Assembly: GCA_043228905.1 (NCBI GenBank)
Contig: JBHGNT010000005.1
Span: 2,294,001 to 2,358,000 of the forward strand
Length of the DNA stretch: 64,000 nucleotides
Direction: 5' to 3'
Source of the DNA: Azolla caroliniana
Taxonomy: Eukaryota; Plantae; Polypodiophyta
Part shown: positions 38,996-48,979 of the stretch, one piece after another
Position numbering within the stretch: position 1 is the stretch's first letter
Layout: each line of letters starts with the position of its first letter
The notes under the pieces: model-generated
What the model was told of the DNA's origin: nothing
Seen by the model: the letters and a program-made list of their open reading frames with translations, nothing else
The model's database searches: none
Made by a program: the position numbers and the translations under genes

Positions 38996-41112
38996 TCTCG
39001 GTTTTCGGAACCGAGGGAATCGCGGTTACGTTCGTGGTTCGGCCGTACCGTCAGAAACTGGACCGAATGGCGCCCGTCTTGGCTTTTGACCCTTGCGTAG
39101 GCCGAACCATTGTCCAGCACTTTGGTCTCCATTCGCGCCGCCGTGATGTACGGCTCTCCCAGAATGACCGGATGCGAAGACGTCTCCTGCACGAAGAAGT
39201 GCTGGTCAATCTCGACGTCGCCGATCTTGACTCGCACATTCGGACAGGCCCCGTGCAGTTCCTCGGTGGCGCGCGTTGCTGCCCTTATTTTCCACCCGTG
39301 CTTGGTGTTGATCGGCCATTTGCCCTTCTTATAGAAGTCCATGGACATCAAATTGATCTCCGATCCGTGGTCCACCAAAGCTATCACCGGTTCCTGGACA
39401 TCGCCGATCTTCACCGGGGTTTCCGTGGTCGCTCGGGCCCAGTGTGGTCTCGAATAGTGGCTTTCCGCCCACTCGTCTCCCAGCGCCATGTCGTCTAGGT
39501 GCGTCGTCCGCACTTCCACCGGTCTTTCCGGTTCTGTCTCCGTCGACAGCCTCTTCCGTTTCACCAAGTCCACGATGGAGTCGTGGAACTCCTTCTTGGC
39601 GATTCCCAGCACCTCTCGTAACGACAGCTCCACCTTGCTGTCGAGGATCCGTTCCTCCAGGACCTTTCGTAAGTCCGTGGTCCTTTCTATCTCCGTCCCC
39701 AGACGGTACCCGCCCTTCTGGGGTTTATCTTGCGTACCGGCCCCGCCGGCTTCGTCCCGTCGTGGCCCGGACCGGGTCTCGTATCGTTGTGAGGGCCCGG
39801 TCGTCCCGGGTCTCCCCACCCGCTTCTCTTCTACCAGAGCCTCGTAGTTCTGGCAAGCGGCTTCCACGAAGCCCGTCCTTTCCTCGACCGGGTCGCTCCA
39901 CCCGGTCATCTCCCGTACCCGTTTCTCCGCACGGTCCGATTCCTCCCCTTTAAGCCTTGCACCGGCAAGGCCTTCCAGCATCGTCGGCCAGAATCCGGCT
40001 TTGCTTTCCCTTCGGGCCTCGCAACCCCCGACTCGAATGCCGGCCGACGCCGAGTAGTGGACGGTTTCCGCGTGTCGGGCCGCCGCCTCTTCCATCAACC
40101 TTTTCATACCACCTTTTCCGTCGTTTCGGCTCAGGGCCCTTCGGGTGTCGCTGGCATGCACCCGTCCTTCCCACAGGTACACCACCCTGTTCCTCAGCGC
40201 CTCCGCGAAGTCGCCGCAGTCCTTCCAAATGTGGCCGACTTCATCGCACCACATGCACCTGTTTCCTGCCGCCGGCCGTCGGTCACGAGCCGGTTCGCCT
40301 CCTTCCCTTCGGGCCTGCGCGATTTGGAGGTCCTTTATCGCCTTCGTCAATTCCTCCAGCGCCGCTCCTCCGGTTGAGCCTCTGACTACGCCGGTCGAAG
40401 CCGAACCGGTTTCCAACCACCCCTGGGTCTCTTCCTTGCGCACCTGTGGCGCTGGTTCAGGCTTCCTTGCTGCGACCGAGCCCGACCCGGTCGCCCCGTT
40501 ATCCGCCCATTCTCGCCGTTTGTCGAAACGGCCACAGACCTTCCTGACAGCCGCCCAGTCGGTAGTGAGCTCGTCTTCGGTTTCCAGCAAGAGGCCCACT
40601 TGCTCCCGATCCCGCTCGTCGACCGACTTGACAAACAGCAAGACCCGGCTCGTGTCCAGGATGGTTCGGTCGAGCGCCGAAAGGCGCGCAAAGTTTTCCT
40701 CGAACTCCCGGAGGAGCGCCGACGCGTTTCTTCCCTTCCCCGGGGACTCCACCCATTCCATGAACCTTCGCTTCGAAAGCCGGAGCGCGTCGTCCAGCCC
40801 GTATTTCTCTAGGAGCCGACCTTCGAACTCCTCCCAGGTACGGCTCTCCGTCCGCACCTCGAGCACCTCCGCATGGATGCTCGGCATCGCCACTCGGGGA
40901 AATCCGGCAAGACGCCTTTCTTCCGGAATGTCCCGCATCAGCATCTCTGCACCGTAGGACGCCAAATACTTCGTGGCATCCTTCCCGTCGAACCGGCCGA
41001 TCGTGCCGACGACCGCCTCAATAGCTCTGTCGAGGGCACCGGTGATCTCGCGCGCGTTTACAATCCGATCCACGGCCGAAGCCATGGCCTCTACGAGATC
41101 CGACCCCCTCAT
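38986..41112 (-). CDS. gag: ORF1: Gag with CCHC zinc knuckle plus aspartic protease
   Basis: FDGKDATKYL capsid-like motif, CMWCDEVGHIWKDC, ALVDHGSEINLM...ILGEPY. First ATG 41112 (alternative 41085); the frame stays open into the LTR up to 41295. Confidence 0.92.
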   Translation of the reverse strand: MRGSDLVEAMASAVDRIVNAREITGALDRAIEAVVGTIGRFDGKDATKYLASYGAEMLMRDIPEERRLAGFPRVAMPSIHAEVLEVRTESRTWEEFEGRLLEKYGLDDALRLSKRRFMEWVESPGKGRNASALLREFEENFARLSALDRTILDTSRVLLFVKSVDERDREQVGLLLETEDELTTDWAAVRKVCGRFDKRREWADNGATGSGSVAARKPEPAPQVRKEETQGWLETGSASTGVVRGSTGGAALEELTKAIKDLQIAQARREGGEPARDRRPAAGNRCMWCDEVGHIWKDCGDFAEALRNRVVYLWEGRVHASDTRRALSRNDGKGGMKRLMEEAAARHAETVHYSASAGIRVGGCEARRESKAGFWPTMLEGLAGARLKGEESDRAEKRVREMTGWSDPVEERTGFVEAACQNYEALVEEKRVGRPGTTGPSQRYETRSGPRRDEAGGAGTQDKPQKGGYRLGTEIERTTDLRKVLEERILDSKVELSLREVLGIAKKEFHDSIVDLVKRKRLSTETEPERPVEVRTTHLDDMALGDEWAESHYSRPHWARATTETPVKIGDVQEPVIALVDHGSEINLMSMDFYKKGKWPINTKHGWKIRAATRATEELHGACPNVRVKIGDVEIDQHFFVQETSSHPVILGEPYITAARMETKVLDNGSAYARVKSQDGRHSVQFLTVRPNHERNRDSLGSENREDF

Positions 41113-41134
41113 CTTCTGCTCTTCTGCCGCCTCT

Positions 41135-41152
41135 TTCACGTCGGGTTCACCA
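41135..41152 (-). other. Primer-binding site complementary to tRNA-Trp
   Basis: TGGTGAACCCGACGTGAA is the complement of TTCACGTCGGGTTCACCA, the 3' end of plant cytosolic tRNA-Trp(CCA) as recalled; it lies 4 nt from the LTR. Confidence 0.88.
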
Positions 41153-41156
41153 AAGA

Positions 41157-41953
41157 TGTCGAGATATTTTGCAAGTGCGTGTGGAGATGAGGCGGGACCG
41201 CGGGGGTCTCGAACCAAAGAGCAAGCGAGGGAGGAGAAAGAGGGAGAACCGGCTACGCAGGACCGGGGATACACAGGGACACGGCCCTTCAGCACGGAGA
41301 ACGCGAACAGACACCGACACAGACAGACGCGAACGACTAAATATGTATATTAACAAAAATGGCTAACACGACTACAACCCTCGATGGGGCACAGGTTGGT
41401 TACAACCGAACAGGCCGGCGAACAGATGCCGATGCCTGTTCGCTTCGACGCACAAACGGGGTAGCAGCTCGGAGGTGCTGCCGGAAGCACTCGGGCGTTC
41501 CTCGAAACAGCGCGAGCCTCCTCGGAACCCTGCACAGAAAGCTATGGAGCTCAAGAAGGAAGGAAACAGAGAGAGAAGCGTCCAGAAACGGTCCGACAGC
41601 ACTTCGTCCTCTCTGCCCCCCCCCAGATCCCTGCAACAGCTCTTTCCTGCTCCTTATATATCCGACGAGCAGGCCGTCATGTCAGCTTTATTCCCTGTCC
41701 CTTTTGGACAGGGATCCGCTCCGTTCTTCACGCATCCGCGTAGTTACGCCTCCGACTCGTACAGTTCCTTAACTCGCGCGCGTGACCGAAAAGACTGTTC
41801 GCGCGGTCTTTGTCTCCACTTGTGTTAGGGCCCGTTCCTGCCGGTTATCCTCCTAACTTGCTTCTATGTACAACTTGGAGCTTGCGCGCGTGAAGAACCG
41901 GTACCCACGCCTAGGTGCGCCGATTCCGCCTATGGACGGTTTTCTTCGCGACA
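41157..41953 (-). repeat. 5' LTR of the GC-rich element (797 bp)
   Basis: TG...CA ends; TATATAA on the minus strand at ~41654-41660; hairpin TCCCTGTCC/GGACAGGGA at 41692-41714. Confidence 0.97.
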
Positions 41954-42632
41954 CCGTGGTGAGAATTTACCGTAGTATTCTATACACGTGGATAAGTGTG
42001 AGGGTTAAACGAGAGTGTAAAGACGGGGAGGATTACTTTTAATCCTCGGGATTGAGACAACCCATTAGGTCAAGTGTGAACTTGCCTGGGGGCCTTGGGT
42101 ATCGCTATAAATAAGAAGGCCTAACTACCCTCATTTCATCATCTTTTGACTATATCGAGACTCTGCTCTTGTGGTGGGTCAACTCTTGTAGCGAGCGCGC
42201 CAGCACCAAGTACGACTCGACGCCACGACGGTGGTATGGGACGCCGATCGAGGCTCGAGTCCGTCTCGATCCCTTCGTTCGGGGGTGGTCGGGTGGGTCG
42301 ACACCCTTCTTTCTCTTTCTCCTTTCTATCTATCATTAGTTTATCCTTATCTTAAGCTTACTTTAGTACCTAGATCTCTAATATTTGGTATCAGAGCTAT
42401 GTACTAATATTTCTTTGTTTGTCTTTTGTCTTTTGATTGATGGTGATCGATCGATGTGTGGTTGGCCTTGATCCAGACAACGATCAACGAAGAACTTCGG
42501 TAACTCTTTCTGTAATTTTTTTTTTCTATTCTCTCTTCTCCCATCTAATCATGTGTTTATTTTATATGTCATTTTTTTTCATCAAGTCAATGATGTTGTA
42601 GTGGTCTTTAATTGATTATCTAAAACGTTTAC

Positions 42633-42905
42633 ATATGTGCACGAGGTCAATACCTCGTTTGACATATAAATAATATGTGATGAGTGTCGTATGCGTACGA
42701 GGTTAATACCTCAATTACGTCTTACGTTCACGAACATATGTTACGTTTGCGTATGAGTTTAATACCTTGATTTGTTGTAAAGGATATGTGTTTGGTCTCG
42801 TATGCGTAAGAGGTCAATACCTCAATTGCGTATTACGATGATCTCTTATTTGTGGATGTTTCGTGTGCGTAGAGGTATATACCTCGATTACGTATCTCGA
42901 TCACA
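42633..42905 (+). repeat. Array of five hairpin units with conserved GAGGT-N4-ACCTC apex
   Basis: Cores start at 42643, 42699, 42755, 42810 and 42872. Confidence 0.85.
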
Positions 42906-44075
42906 TCATTTGTGGCTATTTAATATAACGATATGTTTAATATAGGCATATGTGGTCACGTATATACGTATTTGATCGTATGTATGTGATAAGTAAACAT
43001 ATGTGTATATTCGTTATTACGTGATTATATCGAAAGTTGTCCTTGTCGGGAAAAGGATGTTGGTGGCCATCCTCACATTTTTGTGAGAATGGCGTTGTCA
43101 CCATCCCTTTTTCAACAATTTTTGATTGTTGACAACCCCGTTGATGACCTCGATTTCGTTACGTAAAGAAACGCCTATAGCCATAATGATGTTGAGTACG
43201 TAGGGCTTGACCCACTTCAAGTGAGGTCGCTCCAATGACACACGTATCCAACATTCCTCCCTCGTTACATGGATACGATGCCACCATGAGCTCGTCCTTA
43301 CAAGAGGCATTCGTAATGACGTGACCATGTGATGGGCCACATGGGCCTACTACGAAACGAGGGCTCATTTGGCTTAACCATTAGGTTGCACTTTGGCGTA
43401 TGCCATCGTAATTACAAGACTTGAGGTTAGGTAACATACTAACATAGTTTTGGTAAATGAGGGTGAAATAAGGACCCTTGACATATATGTTCTTTTAAAA
43501 AAAAACATATATGATCAAATGCCTCGCATATCTCTTATACGCATCAAACATTAAGCATTCGAGAAGAGCGACTTACTTGGTTGGCTCAAGTTTTTAATGT
43601 ATTTGTTCTCGAGGTCTCGAGTTCAAATATGACCAAGACCATACAACATCCTTGATACATATGACTATAACACATGTTTAGACTTAAGGTCTAAGTGCAC
43701 CTCGGGGTCCTCGTAATAGGACTTAAAGAACCAAAACCACATATATGGGCAAAGAAACATAGTTTATTGTTAACATTTTTTTTGTGTATAAACTACTCAT
43801 GACGCGAACATACATGGTTGAGCCTTGGGGAGCCGCCATGAAAAACTCGATATAGAGATAAGGGAAAGACATTAAATTGTCACCCCCATGGTTTTTAAAA
43901 CACCTTTGTGTTACCATAGTAACCTGATCTTGAACCTCATCTCATACGTCTAGAGGGGTATTGACGTGAGATCATGATATCGATTAATGTTTGCCCATGA
44001 TATGTTTACATCACGACATGATGTTATGACTATCTCTCTGACCTTATCCTATTTCTTTTCCGGAAATAATCTTTA

Positions 44076-47000
44076 ATGGCTCAAATTAACGACCCGATGT
44101 TATCCGCTCAAGCGGAAGGAACTCAAGGGAATCCTCCTAGACAAATGTCCACTGAGATGTATTTGGCACAAATAACCCAATACCTTAGTTTCACCGCTCA
44201 ACAGATGACCAAACTTCGGCAATCTCATAGTGCTCTTGAGGCACGTGTCATTAGTCTACAACGTGAGACTAATAGACTTGATGAGCGACAAGGTGAACCA
44301 TCATTTGTCGTTAAGCCATTTACAGGAGACAAAAAGGAAAGAGCCGAAGAAGCAATCTGCACACTGCTGGGACGATGGGAGTCTCATTTTGAGCTCTATC
44401 CCACGCCAGATAGTACGAAGATTGCATATGTCGGCCGAGAACTCGGGGGTAAGGTCGCAGCCTGGTGGCGTGGGCTCCGTACAATGGGGAAATTGCTCGA
44501 TACCTGGACGGATTTTGTCACGGTTTTTAAGGGCCAATTTTTGCAACCTCCCTCTCGAACCGAGGCAGCACAAGCTTTAATGAACCTCTCTAGCAGGAAA
44601 TTTTCCTCGCTAGAAGACTATGTTCACCATGCTAGAACCCAAATCCAAAAATCGGGTCTAGAAGAGGACAATTGGTTGATAGCTTGTTTTGTCAATGGCA
44701 TCCCCAATTCGGACTATCACTGGATAGTGCACGATAAGGATCCAAAATCCTTCGAAGAGGCCGTTGAAATAGTTCTTCGCTATCAACACACATCGAAGGA
44801 CCACAATAAACCCAACGAAGCGCCCGAGACTAAGTAGTCGCAATTCGCTGGGAAACGCAAGACACCCAACGAATTCATGGATCGCGATTGTAAGCGACAA
44901 CATCCTTTTTGCGTATTCTGCAAAAAGAAGGGTCATACAAAAGATCAATGTCGAAAGCTCCAACGGAAAGAGCACGAAAACAAAGCTAAAGCTGCAGACC
45001 ATAAATGTCAGATTCCTAATGTCCTTCATGTCTATACACATCATTTAAGTAATTGTCAATGTTCTTTCCCTCACTATGTATTGGGTCCTAATGATTTACT
45101 ACGTGCAAACGGGTATATCAATGGATATCCCGTACAATTTTTATTTGATTCGGGAAGCTCACACAATTTTGTGAATGATCGTTTGGTTCAGATATGGGGA
45201 ATCCAACCCACCGTAAGTGATCACACCTACACGGTGCACTTGGCTGATGGAAGAGTACAATACATCAACGGGGCGATTCATTCATTAGGAATTTCTATTG
45301 ATACTTATATAGAGGAAATAGACTTCCATGTAATGAATCTTTGTACCACCGATGTAATACTGGGTTATCCCTGGTTTTATAATAAAAACTCTTCTTTATC
45401 TATTGATTGGGTTCATCATTCAATTACATTTGTATTGAATGATTGTACTCATTTTATTCAATGTATAAAAAAACAATCCCTCTCGATTGTTTCCTCGTGT
45501 CCATCAATATCTGAGTTGTCTTGTTCTACTCTATTTTATTGTGTACTTGATCCGGACATTCACGTTTACGATATCGATAATGTCTCAGTTCAATTAACAT
45601 ATTTTGAACAACAACAACTTGACAAAATCTTAAATGATTTTCGTGATGTTTTTCCGAGTGAACTACCAGATGGCTTACCTCCTAAACGTAATATAGACCA
45701 TCGTATAGATATTGTACCTGGTGTTGCACCAATAAGTATACCTCCTTATCGCTTAAGTCGATCCGAAGAAGATGAGGTATCTAAGCAACTCAAGGACTAT
45801 TTACGAATGGGTTATATACGTTATAGTAAATCTCCATGGGGTGCACCAATTCTCTTGGTAAAAAAGAAAGAGGGCACATGGCATATGTGTATTAATTACC
45901 GACGCTTGAATAAAGTGACGATCAAGAATTCGTACCCATTGCCTCGGGTTGACGATCTAATTGACCGTCTCCAGGGAGCTCGGTATTTTACGAAACTTGA
46001 TCTCCGTACTGGCTACCATCAAATATGAATAAGTGAGGACGATGTTCCTAAAACGGCATTTCGTATGCGCTATGGCCATTACGAGTTTTTGGTTATGCCT
46101 TTTGGTTTGACCAATGCTCCGGCTACTTTTCAACAAGAAATGAATGACATTTTCCGAGAACAACTTGGAAAATTTGTCGTTATTTTCTTGGATGATATTT
46201 TAGCTTATAGCCGTACATTAAAAGAACATGCTAGACATGTCCGCTTTGTTTTACAAACATTGTGTGACAAACAATTTTATGCGAAGATCTCAAAATGTGA
46301 GTTCTTCAAGAAATCAATTACTTATCTAGGACATCTCATAACTGAACGAGGAGTTGAAATTGATCCTTCTTGCATTGAGAAAATCAAGATTTGGCCCACT
46401 CTTCGGAATATTCGAGAAGTTCGATCATTCCTTGGTTTTGTCGGGTTTTTGCGAAAGTCTCTTTTGTAACTACTCCCAATTGACGACGCCGTTTACTGAT
46501 CTTTTAAAAGGTCAAACGCGTAAGTCTACAAAACCTATTGTGTGGAATGCTACACTAGACCTCGCCTTTAAGGAACTCAAGGACCTGGTTTGCAAGACTC
46601 CTTCACTTCTTTTACCTGATCCTTCAAAACCTTTTGAGGTTGAAACCGATGCAAGCGATTATGTTATAGGTGATGTCTTGTATCAAGATGGTAAACCAAT
46701 AGCATTCGAGAGTAAGAAACTTGATTCTGCTCAATGTCGGTATACCGTTCAAGAAAAGGAATTATTTGCAGTTATACATGCGCTCAAAACATGGCGCTAT
46801 TATCTTTATGGAAATCGCTTTGTGGTAACTACGGACCACAAGTCCTTGAAATATTTTTGTGACCAACAAGACCTGAAAGGTCATAAGGCACGATGGGCTG
46901 ATCTCATCAAGGACTTTGATTTTTCTATACGATATCGTAAAGGTTCCATGAACACTGTCGCTAATGCACTAAGTCGCATTCGTGAGGTTAACATGCTTAG

Positions 47001-47513
47001 CTTCACTGAAATAACATCAAATATTTATGATCACCTTCGAGGAAAGTATCCTGATGACAGTTATGTTGCAAAATATTGGGCAAGAGTTGAGTCTGGAACA
47101 AATACCACCACATCCTCAAAGGAATACTTCCACATTGCTAACGGTTTGCTCTACCGTAATGGGAAGGTTTGTCTTCCAGATTTACCCGAGCTCAAAAAGA
47201 GGATTCTTTTTTAATGCCATGATACACCATCAGCAGGGCACCTTGGAATACATTGTACACTCGTTCTCATCTCCACTCAATTTTATTGGCCTAAGATGCG
47301 TCTTGACATACATAGCTATGTGAGTAAATGTCACCAGTGTCAGGTTAACAAAGCCAAGCGACTTAAAGCCGCAGGACTTTTACATCCCTTGGACATTCCC
47401 AATAATAAGTGGGAAAGTATATCCATGGATTTTATTGTTACCCTTCCTTGCACCCAAAAAGGTCATGATGCCATCTGGGTTGTCGTTGATCGACTAACTA
47501 AAATGGCCAGATT
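44076..47513 (+). pseudogene. Disrupted single-frame gag-pol of the outer Gypsy element
   Basis: Gag with in-frame TAG at 44835, [24 protein letters not shown] (PR), [10 protein letters not shown] and [19 protein letters not shown] (RT), frameshift ~46460, ETDASD (RH), WESISMDFI (IN); ends at the N run. Confidence 0.92.
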
Positions 47514-47613
47514 NNNNNNNNNNNNNNNNNNNNNNNNNNNNNNNNNNNNNNNNNNNNNNNNNNNNNNNNNNNNNNNNNNNNNNNNNNNNNNNNNNNNNNN
47601 NNNNNNNNNNNNN
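47514..47613. other. Assembly gap (100 N placeholder)
   Basis: Exactly 100 N. Confidence 1.
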
Positions 47614-48224
47614 AAGAACCTATACTAAGAAGATGGAACTAGTATTGCATGTTTTTTCGTAACACTACAAACAATGTAAATATTCAAGAGCTCTTCACTT
47701 TTGACAATCTTTGATACTTAGTTTCCATTCACAACAAGGAATGTCAAGGTTGTAAATGAGTATATAGTATTCTTCTAGCTAATGTATCGTGGGTTTGCAC
47801 CAACACCTAAACCAAATAATAAATAAGTGATAAGTCTTGGAGTGGGGAAACCATATGGTGCACATAAAAGCATGGCACCAAGTTTACTTCAAGCATGGAA
47901 GTCATGTTATCTCCCTCATAATGTGAACAACATCATAAATAAAAGTCCTTGCACCCTAAAGTCTATACAACCACTTAAGGCCAATTGTTAAAGTTCCTAT
48001 GGAGGATGTGGGAATGGATTCAACTATTTCCCTCCTAGTATGTGTAGAAATGGACAATGTAACTACTGTGCATGCATTTCAATGAGAATGGACTAGAAGA
48101 TGGTTGGATGAGGATGATGAGCTACCATCAACTACATGAAAATGTTCATACTTATGAATTAAGACGGATGCATGAAAAATTGTCGAGAATATAGTTAAGT
48201 ACTTGGTTAAAAGTAATAAATGAG

Positions 48225-48268
<44 letters not shown>

Positions 48269-48481
48269 ATGTTGGCCTTCAAGGGGTATAATGAAGCCTA
48301 CCAATATTCATAGATTGCTAGAACTATGTATTAAGTAATTTTAGAAATTTTAGAAATGTAGCAAAGTCAAGCATCGTAGATAGTTTATGTATATATATAG
48401 TGATCATTGGAGGCCTAGGAAATGTAGGGAAAGAGAGAAGTTGAATAGTAAGGGAGTAGTTAGTGAGAGAGAGAGAGAGAG

Positions 48482-48979
48482 ATGGCTTATAACATGATGA
48501 AGAAGAACCAACAATATGATAGTGTACAAGTATCCTCTTATTTTATGGGTGTAGTCATGGTGATAGTGGTCGTGTCAATGGTGTTGTTGGGAGATATCGA
48601 ACATGTGCATGCACTATGTGGGCCTTACGTTCGCAATACATGTGAATATGGGGGGAATTCTAGCGCGTGTGATGCATATTGCAAATCGTGCCATCCACGC
48701 TTTCGTGTGTGTGGTGACCGCACTGATTGTACCTCTTGCACCAATTGTACATCTGGTTATTGTATTGGTATATTGTGTTCTTGTAACTACCCTTGTACCT
48801 CTTGCTCCAACACTGATTCAACTTCCCCTTCCCCTTCTCCTTCAATTACAACTACACCTGATTCTTCTCCTATGTCAACCTCATCATCCTCCCCTACTCC
48901 GTCTCCTTCAATTACAACGACACCTACTTCTTCTCCTATGTCAACCTCATCGTCCTCCCCTACTCCTTCTCCTACTTAG
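48482..48979 (+). CDS. Secreted 14-Cys defensin-like protein with Ser/Pro/Thr-rich tail (paralogue A, 165 aa)
   Basis: Hydrophobic signal ending HVHA, a 14-Cys domain, and an SP/TP tail with a 66-bp duplication. TATA at ~48389 and a (GA)n leader; conserved with 53770-54285. Confidence 0.85.
   Translation: MAYNMMKKNQQYDSVQVSSYFMGVVMVIVVVSMVLLGDIEHVHALCGPYVRNTCEYGGNSSACDAYCKSCHPRFRVCGDRTDCTSCTNCTSGYCIGILCSCNYPCTSCSNTDSTSPSPSPSITTTPDSSPMSTSSSSPTPSPSITTTPTSSPMSTSSSSPTPSPT

Larger units (their letters stand above)
34639..41953 (-). mobile_element. Intact, very young GC-rich Ty3/Gypsy LTR retrotransposon (non-chromodomain), 7315 bp
   Basis: TG..CA LTRs at 34639-35435 and 41157-41953, CCGT on both flanks, PBS, PPT, and uninterrupted gag-PR and RT-RH-IN ORFs. 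Confidence 0.97.
34609..47513 (+). mobile_element. Outer Ty3/Gypsy LTR retrotransposon (chromovirus-like pol, iMet PBS), mutated, 3' end lost in the gap
   Basis: 5' LTR is 34609-34638 plus 41958-42383 (TGTTA...TAATA). PBS TGGTATCAGAGC at 42386-42397. A ~1.7-kb leader precedes gag-pol from 44076. Confidence 0.88.

Noticed and set aside
34600-41900. Dozens of overlapping and antisense ORFs (e.g. 38280-39089, 40145-40957, LTR ORFs)
   Set aside because: Expected from high GC content and codon bias opposite long ORFs; no recognisable motifs.
34639-41953. Bacterial or fungal contamination as the cause of the GC-rich block
   Set aside because: The block has exact LTR boundaries and a TSD, and splits a host-type LTR that resumes seamlessly.
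42633-42905. CRISPR array interpretation of the palindromic repeat-spacer pattern
   Set aside because: The context is a eukaryotic retrotransposon leader with no cas genes. The repeats are degenerate and the spacers base-pair within their own unit. Kept as a hairpin array.
44835-44837. Programmed stop-codon read-through between gag and pol of the outer element
   Set aside because: The TAG lies before the zinc knuckle, and other stops (TGA 46026, TAA ~47212) are also C-to-T type, so mutational decay is simpler.
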